Below, piece by piece: positions 11,901 to 25,100 of a stretch of 64,000 bases of DNA. Under the pieces are notes generated by a model. The model was not told where the DNA came from, did no database searches, and worked only from the letters and a program-made list of their open reading frames with translations. The DNA is from Lingula anatina (taxonomy: Eukaryota; Animalia; Brachiopoda), in assembly GCA_051362555.1 (NCBI GenBank), contig CM120643.1:20650848-20714847 (forward strand), read 5' to 3'. The position numbers were made by a program, and so were the translations under genes. How positions within the stretch are numbered: the stretch's first letter is position 1; each line of letters opens with the position of its first letter.

Positions 11901-13768
11901 CGTAAATAATGTCTTGAACCGACGTTAGCCTAAATGCCAATTGCTTTGGCGAGCCCCGGGAACATTTTATCAAAAAGGGCGTTGGAGCCCTAGGATTCTT
12001 TGATCAGCACTTAATGTGATATTAGTACAGCTCGTGAATGGAATTCCTCGGGCACCTATGTCATGCCTTGAATGTTCCCGTTCCAAAGCTATGATGAACA
12101 ATGTACTTAGGACATCACATCTTAGCTCATTTGACGAAATTTTATTGTAAAAACTGTACCTTGGGCACATTAAGAGTGTGCCTATGTCGTTCTTGTAGCC
12201 CATTTATGCCATACCATTATGTATATTTCTATGCCCTACCTATGATTTATGCACCTGTGCCGTGCCAAGGGAGCACCCATACCGTACTAACTTGCGTCAC
12301 CAGATGGCATGAATCTATTGCAAATACGAAAAGAAAAAAGTGGATCTAAAAATCGAATAGATTTATGTTCTTACTTCGAGGATATATACATGTTTATTAT
12401 AAGCGAAATAACAATATTTTTTCATCTTTCTCGTGCATTTTAATTCCAGCATATTCAAAATGTCTTTAAATGTTTCAGGAATAGACCAGTTCTGCAAGGA
12501 CGTGAAGAAAATGCTTGGATTCACTCCGGGGATCTACTGGAGAATATGCTGGAAGTTTATCAGCCCCATCTTTGTACTGGTAAGGGAATTTTCTTAATAA
12601 AAAAGAGTTAGTTCTTCGTGAACAGTTACGAAGTAAAAGTATGGTTTTAGTAGTGTATTTGAGGTAAAAAGTGCAATTCTTTAAGAAATCCCATGTCGTA
12701 AATAACGTGATCCGAAGTAAAAAAAAAAGTGCACGATGATCCTTTACAATTTTGTTTAATTTGAATTTGAATTTTGTCGTGGAACGTGCAGCTCACCCTG
12801 AAATTCAAGGCACTTACAGTAACTTACATGTGCCCCTGCCCTGCAAATGGTACGGCATTAACATACCGAGAAATGGTGCGTATTTACATTTCCTTCTTTG
12901 AGCCATGTATTCAGCAGGCATTTATTTCATCTGTCTATGTATTACAGGTAATCGTGGTATCTTCGATCATCACGTACAGACCTATAGTGGTGGAGACGGC
13001 CACCCACGGCCCCTACCCGTACCCGGACTGGGCTAACGCCGTGGGCTGGTGTATAGCCGGCAGTTCCATGATATTGGTCCCAGTGGTTGCCGTGTGGAAG
13101 ATGCTGGTTACGAAGGGGACGTTTAAAAGGGTAAGGGATCTTCGCGGGCAACACTTCTGATTGCAGATCAGAAAGATTTTAAAGATGTGCAACACTATAA
13201 AGGAGAGAAATGATTCAATTAATTTACTTACAAATTTAAGTAAGGGATCGCGGTTGGTACTTACGTTTACCTTATCTTTATCATGCCGGCTAGCGTTAAC
13301 CGTAAGTGTCTTGTTTAACTGACGTTACCGTACTCAAATAAGAAACAATTACACTAAACCTGAGAAGCTTAGTGATGCTAATATGACCAAGCACTTTTGT
13401 CGCGAGAAATCATATTTCACCTGAATCGTGTTTCAGAGGCTAGCTCTGTGCATTTCACCAGAATCTGAACACGCAGATATTAAAGCAGGAAAACCTGTGA
13501 AACGTTTTACGGTAAGTATTTTAGATTGGATTTTTTTAAGAGAGGTGGGTTTTAAGCACTGACTATAATCCAGAGCAACAGCAAACGTGCTAGTAAATAT
13601 ATATGCAATGCGAAAAATATGTAAGTTTTTAAGTGTTTCATCTTCGGAATAAAGCCTTAAAGAGTATAAACAATTTACAAAGGAATTACTACATGTGGCA
13701 TCATAATAATCTTACATGACTTAAATAACATTATTTCCATTCAGCTACGACACTGGGTGTCAATTTGA
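5983..13768 (+). CDS. SLC6 Na+/Cl- dependent monoamine transporter (DAT/NET/octopamine-transporter-like); 5'-partial, 13 exons
   Basis: GT-AG exons 5983-6114, 7559-7802, 8122-8260, 8693-8827, 9154-9257, 9644-9768, 10070-10182, 10784-10924, 11348-11447, 12479-12579, 12948-13130, 13437-13511, 13745-13768 splice in frame. Motifs GAFLIPY...[56 protein letters not shown]; ends LRHWVSI* (compare DAT LRHWLKV). The TM1 exon (WRFPY) was not found in the window. Confidence 0.95.
6085..6860 (+). repeat. 42-bp minisatellite (with 36-bp variants) made of the SLC6 exon 3' end plus its splice donor; 19 junction copies
   Basis: Unit GTAGGTATGCCTCAGTA(T/G)GGAAAGTGGTTCCAATATTTACAG. Junction copies end at 6114 (true), 6156, 6198, 6240, 6282, 6324, 6366, 6402, 6444, 6486, 6528, 6570, 6612, 6654, 6690, 6732, 6768, 6810, 6852. 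Confidence 0.97.
9772..9867 (+). repeat. 38-bp tandem repeat (~2.5 copies) related to the adjacent SLC6 exon
   Basis: AGTTACCATGGTTACATGTGGTTACAGGTG(G/T)TACCCTC repeated; 9846-9867 matches exonic 9706-9727 at 21/22 nt. Confidence 0.85.
10419..10659 (-). mobile_element. Short non-autonomous Helentron/DINE-1-like (HINE) element in an SLC6 intron
   Basis: Subterminal inverted repeats ACCTCCGCCAAGG (10446-10458) and CCTTGGCGGAGGT (10642-10654); terminal hairpin GCACTC-C-GAGTGC (10429-10441) next to CTAG; (ACAGAAAG)n microsatellite ~10593-10622. Confidence 0.8.
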
Positions 13769-15709
13769 GAGGGCAAAAAGGGAGAGAGACACTGATATCC
13801 AGCGGTCACGCCATTTCTAAACATTGCCGGACACGAGTGGAATGCATTTGTACATATTCTATAATAAAGCGTTCCCAAGTCAACGTTTATGGGACCACTG
13901 GTCTTTAACCAAAATAATGATGTGCAGCAACCCAGCGCCATTCCAGGCGTATCCACGTGCGTTTCCAACCTGGAGCAGTTGTAATGACTTTTATCTGCGG
14001 GGATTACACAACGAAATACAGGGTTACTTTAATTCTGAAGAACTCTTTCTTAGTAGAAGTAATCTTACTATTTTTGTGTACGACTGAGCAAAATTAATCA
14101 TCTCCGGGAGCTGATCCAGGCAGTCTACCAGCAAATTTTACAATCATTTAATATATTTTATGCACATAATTAAATTAACAACTTAGTCGAAATCAAACCG
14201 TTTTCTGCAAATATTATTACGTATATTATTGTAAAAAGCTGTAATCAGTATATTAACAATGTATTTTGTTTTCAAAATATATTAACACTGATATGTAATC
14301 TACCAAAGATCCGTTCCACGTGACCGCTTACGTCCAACGTATTACGCGCGTCCTTTGATGTACCGTTTGTTGTAGTATATCATAGTATATCATTGTTCAT
14401 GTATTAATAATTAATAAGTATTAATATGGATATATTAGCGTTGACATATGAAAAAAACAAGAGTATGTTATATAGGGTGTAATAATCCAAAGGCGAAAAG
14501 GATAACAAATGTACATAAACACGTCTATTCTATACTATTAATGTGTGTCGCGTGAGGTGTGTACTAACATGCAGCTTGGGAGCCTGCAGCTTCTAGAAAA
14601 CTTCAACACGAAAGATGATTTCAACTTTTAGGGCAAAAATACTGGCACACTATAGCCCATGCTATATCCTTAATTGTCTGTTGAACGAAGTAGCTTTTGA
14701 TAGAAAATTTTAATACCATTTCTTTCCCTTTTTATAAAGCAGCAAGAATATTTTATTTAAGAGGATTACCATTAATCTACCTTTCAAATTGGTAAACGCA
14801 GATGGATTTTCGTCTTAAAGTCAAGATAGTCTGTCCAAGTTTACAATTATACGGCTTAGCTATTATTTGTACAAAGCATTGGTTAGTTAGTTTTATCGTT
14901 TTTCAGTATAGAATACACCATGAGAAGTGTAGATTTGGAAATGTACAGTTGGACATTTAGCTATAACAATTAATGTGTAGATAGTGTATTAGCAAATTTG
15001 GACATATAGAAAGCTTGCGTTGCCAAAATAACTTGCATTAATTTATTTTGGAAGTGGCTAAAATATTGTGACTATTTCACGAAGACAAAAAGGCAACGAT
15101 CGTCACAGTGGCAAACCGCCTGCATCAAGTCGAGGAAAATAATAAAATGAAGAAAACTTTACTTAAAGAAATATTTGAGTAAGAAGTTGTATTTTGCATT
15201 TTTACAAATCCACTATTAAAATAATGGCTGAACGGTGGTCAGTTTGCAGCAAGAGTAATTCTATCATCTTCCAGAAATAGAAATACGCATTGTCAAACAT
15301 TTTTCATATTTTCCACCTAAAAAATGGCAATGTTATTACTTAAAACGGTTGCCGATATGGGGTAGCCTCAAGATGTAGATGTGATGTGATTGCGCTAACT
15401 GTAGCACATCTAACACACTAGCTGGTACTGTGACATTTCCTCTACCAATGTAAGTATCAAGAAATTGACACAAAATATATGTATCAAAACTCATCAGTTA
15501 GTTGTTGGTTTTTCAACTCTTACCCAGCTGGACTAGGAAAAGCTGTCATCATTATCACCATCATAATCTCTCTCTCTCTAGAACGTATAAACTGTTGGGC
15601 TCCAGGGCTCAAAATATCCATTAAAGGTAAGGTTTTAGCATAAATCCTTGACAGTCAATTTCTTAAATAAAATTCTCATCCAATAAGAATATTAAACCAT
15701 TGTCCAATA

Positions 15710-18489
15710 CTAGCTGAGCTCCTCTTCTTCATCACTTTCAGTATATGGGATAACAGAGTTGTAATGTTCTCCAAGACCATACACATGGCGGTGGTATCTG
15801 GAAAACAGAATGCAAAATATAATATCAAAACAAAAGCAAATCTAAAACAGCAATACTTTTAGTGTTTTAATTAATGTAAGCAAAAACTTTAATGTTTCAA
15901 AATACCTGACAAAAATGGTCAAAAACTTTAACCTCTTCCATTAAGTTAAGAAACTCTGCATGTTTTGTAAAATGTAATTATTAAGACCATTCACCTAGGG
16001 AAATTTCATAACATGGCCTAACTTGGCACCATCAAAATAAACGGGTCACAGTGTGAGTTTAGTTTGACTGGTAGGTGTTCTTATACAGTTTATTGTTCAC
16101 AAAGGTGAGATTGATGTGCACCACTTGGAATTGTTCACACTGATTACAAGACAGAGAATAAGTATTATGATATTAGCAGTGAAAAAGACAAACCATAACT
16201 AGTGATAAAAAGCAAAATTCCTTTTTGATCTGCCTTTCTTTTTAATTAGGATTATGCTTAGTACAGAACACTCACGATAACAGCAACGCATCATCCTTAT
16301 ACTCGTCTCCTATCAACATAGGAGGCCCTTCAGCTTGGATGATTTCTATGGGGTGTTTGAGCACATTAGACAAAGCACGAACCTGGAAATTATGACAATA
16401 AAATAGCCAAAAGTAAATGAACAAACAAAAAAATGAATTTATCACTTAATAATATTGTTCTCTCTGTTTTACATCATGACCAATATTTTATAAAAAATAA
16501 TGATGTCCAACAGTGGATTCCTCATATATATATAAAATTAAGATATGCAACAAATATCAATCAATTCCACAACATAATTTACCTCTAACTGGCCACCCCA
16601 TGCGGCTGTGGATTCAAGTTCCTTACAATAGTTGTCAAAGTCGTCTGAAAAAATTCAAACAACAAACTTACAAATTTCCCGATGACCCAGGTTTCACATT
16701 TCAGACAAATATTCCATTGCTTGTGTTATGCATTCAAAGTTACAGGGTCATTTTCTTTAAACAACAGCTAACACAGAATTGTAACAACTCCAAATCACTG
16801 ATAATGGTCTTGTTTGTCTATGAAATATTGGAGTTGCACCCTGCCCCCCCAAACCCCCTTCTGAGTTTAACTGTTGCTTAAATAATTTTTACTTTTAAAT
16901 CATTCAAGATTCTCAACTGTTTTCTATTCAATGAAGAACAATATTCACTGTTTATTACCTTCAGTAAAAGGGTCCCCACTCTCAGGCTTTGTTAAAAATG
17001 GCATGAAGTCATCCCTGTGTTCCCTCATATGGTTTGAAGCCTTCTGTCTTAGTTGCTGCATACTACTCTGAAAGTTACACATAATAATCTGACATATATA
17101 ACAAGAGTTAAAGGCACACAATGAGTGTTAGAAATTTGATTTTCCTGGAAATTTCAAAGTTTTTTATTTATGCAAAAATGTATACTATATCCAAAATTGT
17201 TACCACAATAATAATAGATCTACAAACCATTTTTAGAGTTCTAAGTCAAATATATTATACTTATTATTATTATCATCTTGCAGTACATTATTTAATGTTT
17301 TATGGAAGCTGAATTTCCTTTTCTGTAGTTCAACATAGCAGTGCATTAAAAATTAATAACAGAACAGCACTCTGCTATAAAATAAATGGAATGTGTTAAT
17401 TTTACTTGCCTCTATTCCTTTTCTCTTCAGCTGATCCTCTACTGCACAGTACAGACTGAAAAAAGCACATGATATCTGAAAATTGTAACCTATATCAACA
17501 GCTATAATTATAACATGTATGATTTTAGATAAAGAAAACTTAATTTTATTTTGGATTGAGATAGTCTGCTTTTGCTACAAAACGTTTACAACCGTCTTTG
17601 AAACAGTGCAATATATTGGGAAAACCTACCAATTTCCATCTGATGGAATCTGAAATGAGATTTGAAAAAATGATGAACTATTTGACATGGAAATTAAAAG
17701 AAAGCAACCGCATAAATTTAATTAAGAAAAACGTTGTAAATATCTGTTACCAAAAACAAATTTTCAAAAGTGAACTGCATCAAAGATATTTCATAACATT
17801 TGACATCAATTGTACATTGTAAAATTGTCTTAAATTTATACATACTATTACACACTTATATACCTCAAAAATCTTTAATTTTCTTTTGCCTAGAATTGAC
17901 TTCATTTTCTGAGCTTCCAAATGCCTGACTCCACTAAGATTTTCAATATCTTGTTCTCGTATCCTTTCCTCCCTCTCTTTTTCTTGCTGTGCTTTTTTCT
18001 CCTATATTTTCCAAAGTAACAAACATTCTTTTTAAAACAAATGAAAAAATAAATAATGTAATTTTATTATAATGCAAATATTCTTCACAAGAATGAAAGA
18101 AATATGATACAATAATCAACATCAATGTTTTTAACCTATGAAAACTGCTCTCAAAATCATGGTTAACCTTTCTTTTCTGTGCTTTGCTTGGCTTCTTTGG
18201 CTGTGATGCATTCTGTGTAATTGATGTTGATAAGTTTTCTAGTTGCTCTGCTGTTTCATCAACCTAACAAACATATAAACAATACAAAATCCACATCTTA
18301 ATTATATAATTGTAACTGAAATGCATTTTATCTCACAAATTCTTGCTGTAATTAAGCAGTCTATCTAGAAGAAACTGATCTCTTTTTCTTATCAAGTTTT
18401 CAAGTTTTAGTCAGAGCATGAATCCTTGTGTTAACCAATAGCCCTTCTCAACAATCATAACAACAACTTAAAGAAGCTAATTTGGAATA

Positions 18490-18530
<41 letters not shown>

Positions 18531-19084
18531 GGGGGGGGGGGCAAACTTTTATAAGAGCTTGAAATGATAAATTATAGTATTTAAATTTTAATAATTTGTT
18601 GTCATAGAAACACACCCCTTTGACACTTGTGTCGTTCAATTCTTGTCTCTCTTTTTCGTGCTTCTGTTCGAGTTCTGCTTCAAGAATGGCAATCTGTGCA
18701 GTTACGTCTTTCTTCTTCTTCTTGTCCCCCTTTGGTACACTGTGCTTCAATTTTTGAATTTGAGCTAAATATATCAAGGTACAACACAATTATTTTCTAC
18801 ACTCTTTCTTCATATTTTGATATAATTTTTGCGTGACAGCACATGATGCTTTATTTACCGGTGCGCCGTGATGTGCCATGTGGTTTTGTTTACGTTTTGA
18901 GACCCCATTAAATAGACAAATATATTTGAAATCCAATGTACCCAGGTATTTTACAACTTCCAAAGCAATCAATGTATATAAAACGATTTGTAAAATACTT
19001 ACCTTGGAGTTCTTTTGCTTCCTTTTTGTGTTTTGCTGATAATGCTTCTTGTGGAGATAGATTTTCGTCTCCCTCTTTCTCCAT
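15710..19084 (-). CDS. OTUD6B: OTU domain deubiquitinase 6B
   Basis: 10 exons: 19084-19003, 18764-18616, 18263-18168, 18001-17864, 17649-17630, 17455-17410, 17067-16959, ~16644-16583, ~16383-16277, ~15797-15710. N-terminus MEKEGDENLSPQEALSAKHKKEAKELQAQIQKLKHSVPKGDKKKKK; catalytic IPSDGNCLY, WGGQLE, YHRHVYGLGEHYNSV. Confidence 0.95.
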
Positions 19085-19199
19085 GATGGATGACTAATGT
19101 ACGCATGCTCAATGAAGGCTCTTTGGCGCCCGAAGAGCTGAAAAGAAGTTGCAGGAAAGGAAGGGAGGAAGAAAGAAGGGGAAGCTAGACATATCAGCT
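19085..19199. promoter_or_regulatory. Compact bidirectional promoter between OTUD6B and RABGGTA
   Basis: 115 bp between divergent ATGs (19084 and 19200); NRF1-like GTACGCATGCTCA (19099-19111) and E2F-like TTTGGCGCC (19122-19130). Motif assignments are inference. Confidence 0.7.
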
Positions 19200-22100
19200 A
19201 TGGTTTGCAATGTTTTAATTACTCTAAAAGCATTTTATCGTTTATGACAAAAGAATTAAAATCATAACTTTACTATTGGACATTTCTCGAAAGATTTTAG
19301 AGGTTTAGCATTGGAAACTAAGCCTTGATAGTGTGCAATCAGAGTAGCGATCAATGACATTATGTTAGTCATTCATTAATTGGTGAGTGCATCATTTTAG
19401 TTTTTTGAATGATTATTTACTTTCAGCACGGTAGACTGAAGGTTAAGACCACTGCAGAACAGCAGGAGGCAAAGCGGAAGGAAAGGGAGAAGAAAATGAA
19501 GCTCTATAATGCAGCCACATCAAAGATATTCCAGAAAGTAAAACGTCCAATTTCAAACTTATGATAATTAACATAAGCCACTGTACACATGTACTTATAC
19601 ATTATAATTTCTAGGCCAGTGATACATGTATAAGCACATTAATTCAAAGATATGGTTGGTAGAATAAGATGAGTATATCATATAAAATGCTTGGTTATAC
19701 TGGTATGGCAACGTTGATATAGATTTTCACACTGCTATTTATTATCTAAAAACCTGTACAGGTACTCTCATTTTCATTCTCATGTTGTCATCCAGTAGTA
19801 AGTATGTTGTCAAGTTATGAATGTAAAATTATCATTTCACTTAAATGGTTTACTAAATATATTGGTATATGGCATTTAAAATTTTGATTTCCACAGAGAC
19901 AAGGGCAGGAGTATGACCAGGAAGCCTTGGAGCTGACAGCACAGATTCTGAGTGCAAACTCTGACTTTTACACGTTGTGGAACTACAGAAAAGAAATCTT
20001 CCTTGCATTCAAGGAGAAGAGGTAGGTTGTTTGTTTGTTTCTTTTTCTTTCTTTGAGCTTCAGTTTTCTTGGCAGCTTCTTTATTTTCACACCTCAACTT
20101 GAGTGAATATGTGCACAAGTTTCATATGCTCTGAAATTCTGCAGCAAGTTTGACTGAAGTTAAACGTGTCAGGCCCAGGTACAAAATCATCATCCAGGTT
20201 TCGTGGTTCTGTAAATGGATACATGATGTAACTAACATCTGTTATGTGCAATTGACATGGTAAAATTCAATCAGATACTGTTGAAGTTGAAACACCACAT
20301 GCAGACAGTATGGAAGTTAGAAGGTGAAAGTTCTAAGAAGGTTTGCATCAGTTTTGAAATCGGCTGGTTTCTTTCTTCTTCTCTTCTACCTGTGTAGTGG
20401 CCCAGGTAGAGTAGCTTAGGTCTTTCAAATCAAAGTTCACCAATGTGGGCAACATCAGTTTTTCAGACCAACTGGTGCCTCTAAAAATTAGTATAATGCT
20501 GAATAGAACTGAATGATATATTCCTCAAAGGGTAAGAATATATACCAGCAGCAATGGGTGAAGCAATAAAAAAATAGTTTTCTTTTTTTATTTTAGTCTT
20601 TAAATGAATTAATTAATATATAACAGTTATTATGCTGAAAAACAAATCTTACACTAGTGAATAAACATTGAAGAGAAAATTATATGGATTTTATAAATTG
20701 TTGTTACTGACATGTCATTTCAGCACAGAAGACGAGCTTCATAAACTTTTTGAAGATGAGCTAAGCTTCCTGGAGGCATGTTTGAAGGGAAATCCTAAGT
20801 CGTATGGTTGCTGGGAACACAGGTGTTTTGTAATGCTGACTATGCCACGCCCTGACTGGGACAGGGAGCTGATGCTGTGTAATAAATATCTGGAATATGA
20901 TGAGAGAAACTGTAAGGCCTGATACTATCATATAAGCAAAGCTTGCAGGGATATTATCCATTATTTTATTAATTTGTTTATATGATTATTATTTATTGAT
21001 TAGAAACTATTCATTTAAAAATAATTTATTTTTAATCATACACAAAAACTAAGATACAACTTCCACTCAGAATATTTCTTGAGCAAACCCTAAAACTATG
21101 TTGTGAGAAATGTTTGAGTAATGAGTTAGACAATAAATGTACATTTATAAAAGATTCAGTACAAATAATATTGAACCAATGTATGAACATGGGAATGTAT
21201 GCATTCACAAGATGAGCACGTTTTTCTTGCTTTTTATAATTAAAACTGATTTGAAATATTTTGTTTTGTGTGACTTTTAATTAAAATTAATTTTGTGATA
21301 TCTGAAGTTGGAATGATATAGAGACAATTCTTTTTAAAAATATCTATTTAACTTCCAGTCCACTGCTGGGACTATAGAAGGTTTGTAGTAAAGAGAGCAC
21401 AGGTGACTCCAGAGGCAGAGTTTGAATTCACCACATCTAAAATCAGCAGCAACTTCTCCAACTATTCCTCCTGGCACTACAGAAGTAAGCTGCTGCCTCT
21501 CATACACCCAGACCCTAAACACCCTGGAGGTGTAAAGGATGATGTACTTATTAAAGGTAAGTTGCACCTAAAGGTAAGTCACTCCTACCACAATCTAATA
21601 CAATATCAGTGTTACTATCACACTTAACACAAGCTGGTACAATGTTGGTCTTCAGGCACAATATCGGTCTTCTCCATAAGGCACCTAACACAATTAGTCT
21701 TCTCCATATCACAAATAACACAAAACCAATTTTTTCAGCACTATGCCTAATGCAGTACCAATTTATCATATCATACATAACAATTGCCTTTTCCATACAT
21801 CACCTTATACAGTACTAGTCTTTTCTAGTTCATACCTAACACAATGTCAGTTTATTCCATGTCATATTATCATATCCTATTATTGACATAACAAGCCATA
21901 TGTTTTTCTAGAGTTTGAACTTGCCCAGAATGCTTTCTTCACAGACCCCAATGACCAAAGTGCTTGGTTCTATCATAGGTGGCTATTGGGCAGAGGTGAG
22001 TGTCATGTCAGATTGGATAGTCTTAAAATTCACACCAGTTCATGCATTGTACTACTCCTTTCAAGATGTATTTTAAATAATCTCATATGATGTTGTCAAT

Positions 22101-25100
22101 GGTTTCTCCTATGGTTTTCATTTTCTGTTGTCTTATTGAATAATTACATGTTCTTCAATTTCCATAGCTGAAAAGCAGCTTGCCATTGACTGTGTGTATG
22201 TATCAAGAGAACTAAGAAGAGTGATGGTCAGACTTTCTAAACCAGCAAAGGTGAGATGTAGTCTCTGAGTGGTGTTTATTTTAGTGAGAGTAATCTATTT
22301 ATAATAAAGGGACAGCTTTTTTTATCTTCCAACTTCTTTTGAAACAGCAGCTTATTTTTTTTTCTTAAAAGCACATTACATGCTTTTAAAATGATGAAGT
22401 TGCTTCAACTTTTATCTCCTACATTTTTCTCAGGAGAATCTCCTGAGAAAAATGTAGGAGATAAAAGTTGAATCCACAAAGCTGCTCACATGGCTTAATG
22501 TTTGTATGGGAAATGTTTGGAAGTTGACAGGAAAAATTGTCATTTGCACATTTTTAATCCAAATTAAGATTCCACTTATAGAATGCTACTTCAGTGAAAC
22601 TGCATTGTGGTGGTGCATGTGATCTGTTCTCTCTTTTTATCTCCAATAAAGAAGTTTTATGAATCATAATTTTTTTTAAAATTCTGTATTAGATTATTTA
22701 AGTAAGTTTAAAGGATTGTGTTTGCTCATTAACTTTTATTCATTTATAATGTTTTTAATAAAATAGTGTGAATATCACATATTTCTTAAATGTAATGTTT
22801 GCCTTGTATACCTTGTATATTAGATAGGAGCTGACCTCTCCCTGCAAGTGTACCTAGATGATGTCCAGTGTACAGGAGAGTGGACCACACCAGCTGGCAC
22901 TAATGACCACTCTCTGCTATGGGTATCCTTGTTGACAATTACTACTACCCTGAGTGTGCAGTGTTTATGTGGCTTTCATATCCTGCTGTTCTAAATTGTA
23001 ATTTTTGGTAGATGTCATGGTCTCTGTGGTTAATGTTGAAATAGGTTTTTTATGTATGGTTTAAGCTGGCAAGCATCAAAACTGAAGGTTTCTAAATGGA
23101 ATCATCCAAGCTGTCCCAAAGCCTCACTACTCACCATAAATGAAATTTCAATATGTCAGAGAAGTTAGTGCAGTGCAGCACAAATAAAAGCTGAGAAAAG
23201 TTACCACAGATACTTTTCTGATTGTTTTCTCTCAAATTCACCTTGCATGTCATTTTATAACACTCCATATGGGTTTTACCTACATGGCTGAGAAGTTAAC
23301 CCTAGCTCTCACAGAGTCTCACACATTTTCTGGTCTTGTGTGCTGCAACAGAGTGCCGTAGGCCTTCTAATAGGCCTTGCTCAGATGATTCCCATTTGCA
23401 TACACCTAAAATCATTTGTTTAGAGCACTGGTGAAAGTTACTTTGGCCATGAAATATATTCCTTGACATTTAGCTCTTTAATCTCACTGCACCCTTGGAT
23501 GGTAATGAGCATAAAGTTGTGGTAGCTATGGAGGGCAGTTCTAGGTCTTGCACACTGAAGGATGGAGATGAGAAGGCTAGCAACGTGGATGAAGTCAAAC
23601 CAGGAACTCTGTTCAGGTTTGAAGAGGAAGTGCTTGTTTTTTAATAAGATTTTAGGGTGATAGATATATTTTAAGGTTCCATCTGTTAAATGTCCTATTT
23701 GACTGGTAATACAAATTTATGAAGGTGGTAAAATAACCAGCTTTGGAAATAAGTGAAAGGTGCTTACTCAGTTGCAGTTATGAAAAAATTTTATATTCTA
23801 GTTCTTTTTTAGAAATCAGTTACAACATCAACTATAAATTGTTTTGTTTTTCCAGTCCGTCAATAATAGCTAAATTGAGCAAAAAATATTTTGCTTCCTT
23901 CTCAATGACATGATCTTGATGAATATATATATGTAGATGTGTTTTCAGAATACCACAGGTGTTTGGAAGACATAAGTTTTATGATACATGAACTTGTATG
24001 TCTTGTCTTATTCAGCTTTATGATGTCAGTGAATGTTATCTTTCCAGCTATCAACTAAGTGCTGCCACAAGTGATACTCTTACACAAGAACTTGATGCTT
24101 GTCAACAACTTTATGAGTTAGAACCAGATAATAAATGTAAGTAGGGTTTTTTATCTTATAAAACTTAATGCTGTAAAATACATAAACAGATCACTCACTT
24201 GATCCATTTTAGCCTGTTTTGTGGCACAAAGTTTAATGTCCCAGTTGATTGACATTTTAAAATCAGCATACACCAATATTCAAAGTTATTTCTAGCCAAT
24301 AACTGATTCCAAGAGTAAAGTATGTCAGAGCAACCACCACAATTTATTTTGAGAGTTGGTTCACCAGTCCTTTGTTTTATCACAGGGGTCCTCCTCACCA
24401 TTATGCTGTTAATGAGAGCCATAGATCCACTCAAGTACTTGAAGGAAACCCTGGAACACATAGACACCATTATCAAAGTAGATCCTTGTAGGACCAACTA
24501 TTATAAGGATCTTAGTAAGTAAAATAAGAACAAGGTTTTTTTTAAAATTAAGTAGGGATTATGGATTCAAACTTGATTTGATTCTGCACTTCCTGTAAGA
24601 CTTAGAAGATGCATATTTTGTTGCATCTTTTTTGACTAGTTAATTGTACCACCAGCGTTAGCGCTGGCGGTACACATGGTTTCGGTCCCGTCCGGATCGT
24701 TTCGCCGGCTCTGCCGGCTCCGTTGGCTCCGCCGGACGGCTACCGTTACCGCTTCTCCTCCTAGATGGTAAGGGCCCCCGTACCCATCTCATGGATTTAG
24801 GTCACCTATAATCTCAACTCGTTCCACGTAAAATTTGGGCTTTGTCGGTATTGGGGTCTGGGTGTGGCACTCATTGCAATGCACCCTTGTCTAAAAATGG
24901 CAAAATTAAATGCTAATTATCTACCCTACGGAAGGAGTTATGGGAAAAATTTCTATAGACAGCTTTCCAAAAGTCATATGTGTAGATTTCAAATATATCC
25001 TTGGATTTGACCTTTGACCTCTACTTCAAGGTCAAATGGGCCAAAATTTTCAAAAAAATGAAATTTTTTACGAAAAAAATTTTTTTTGCCCTGTTATTCA

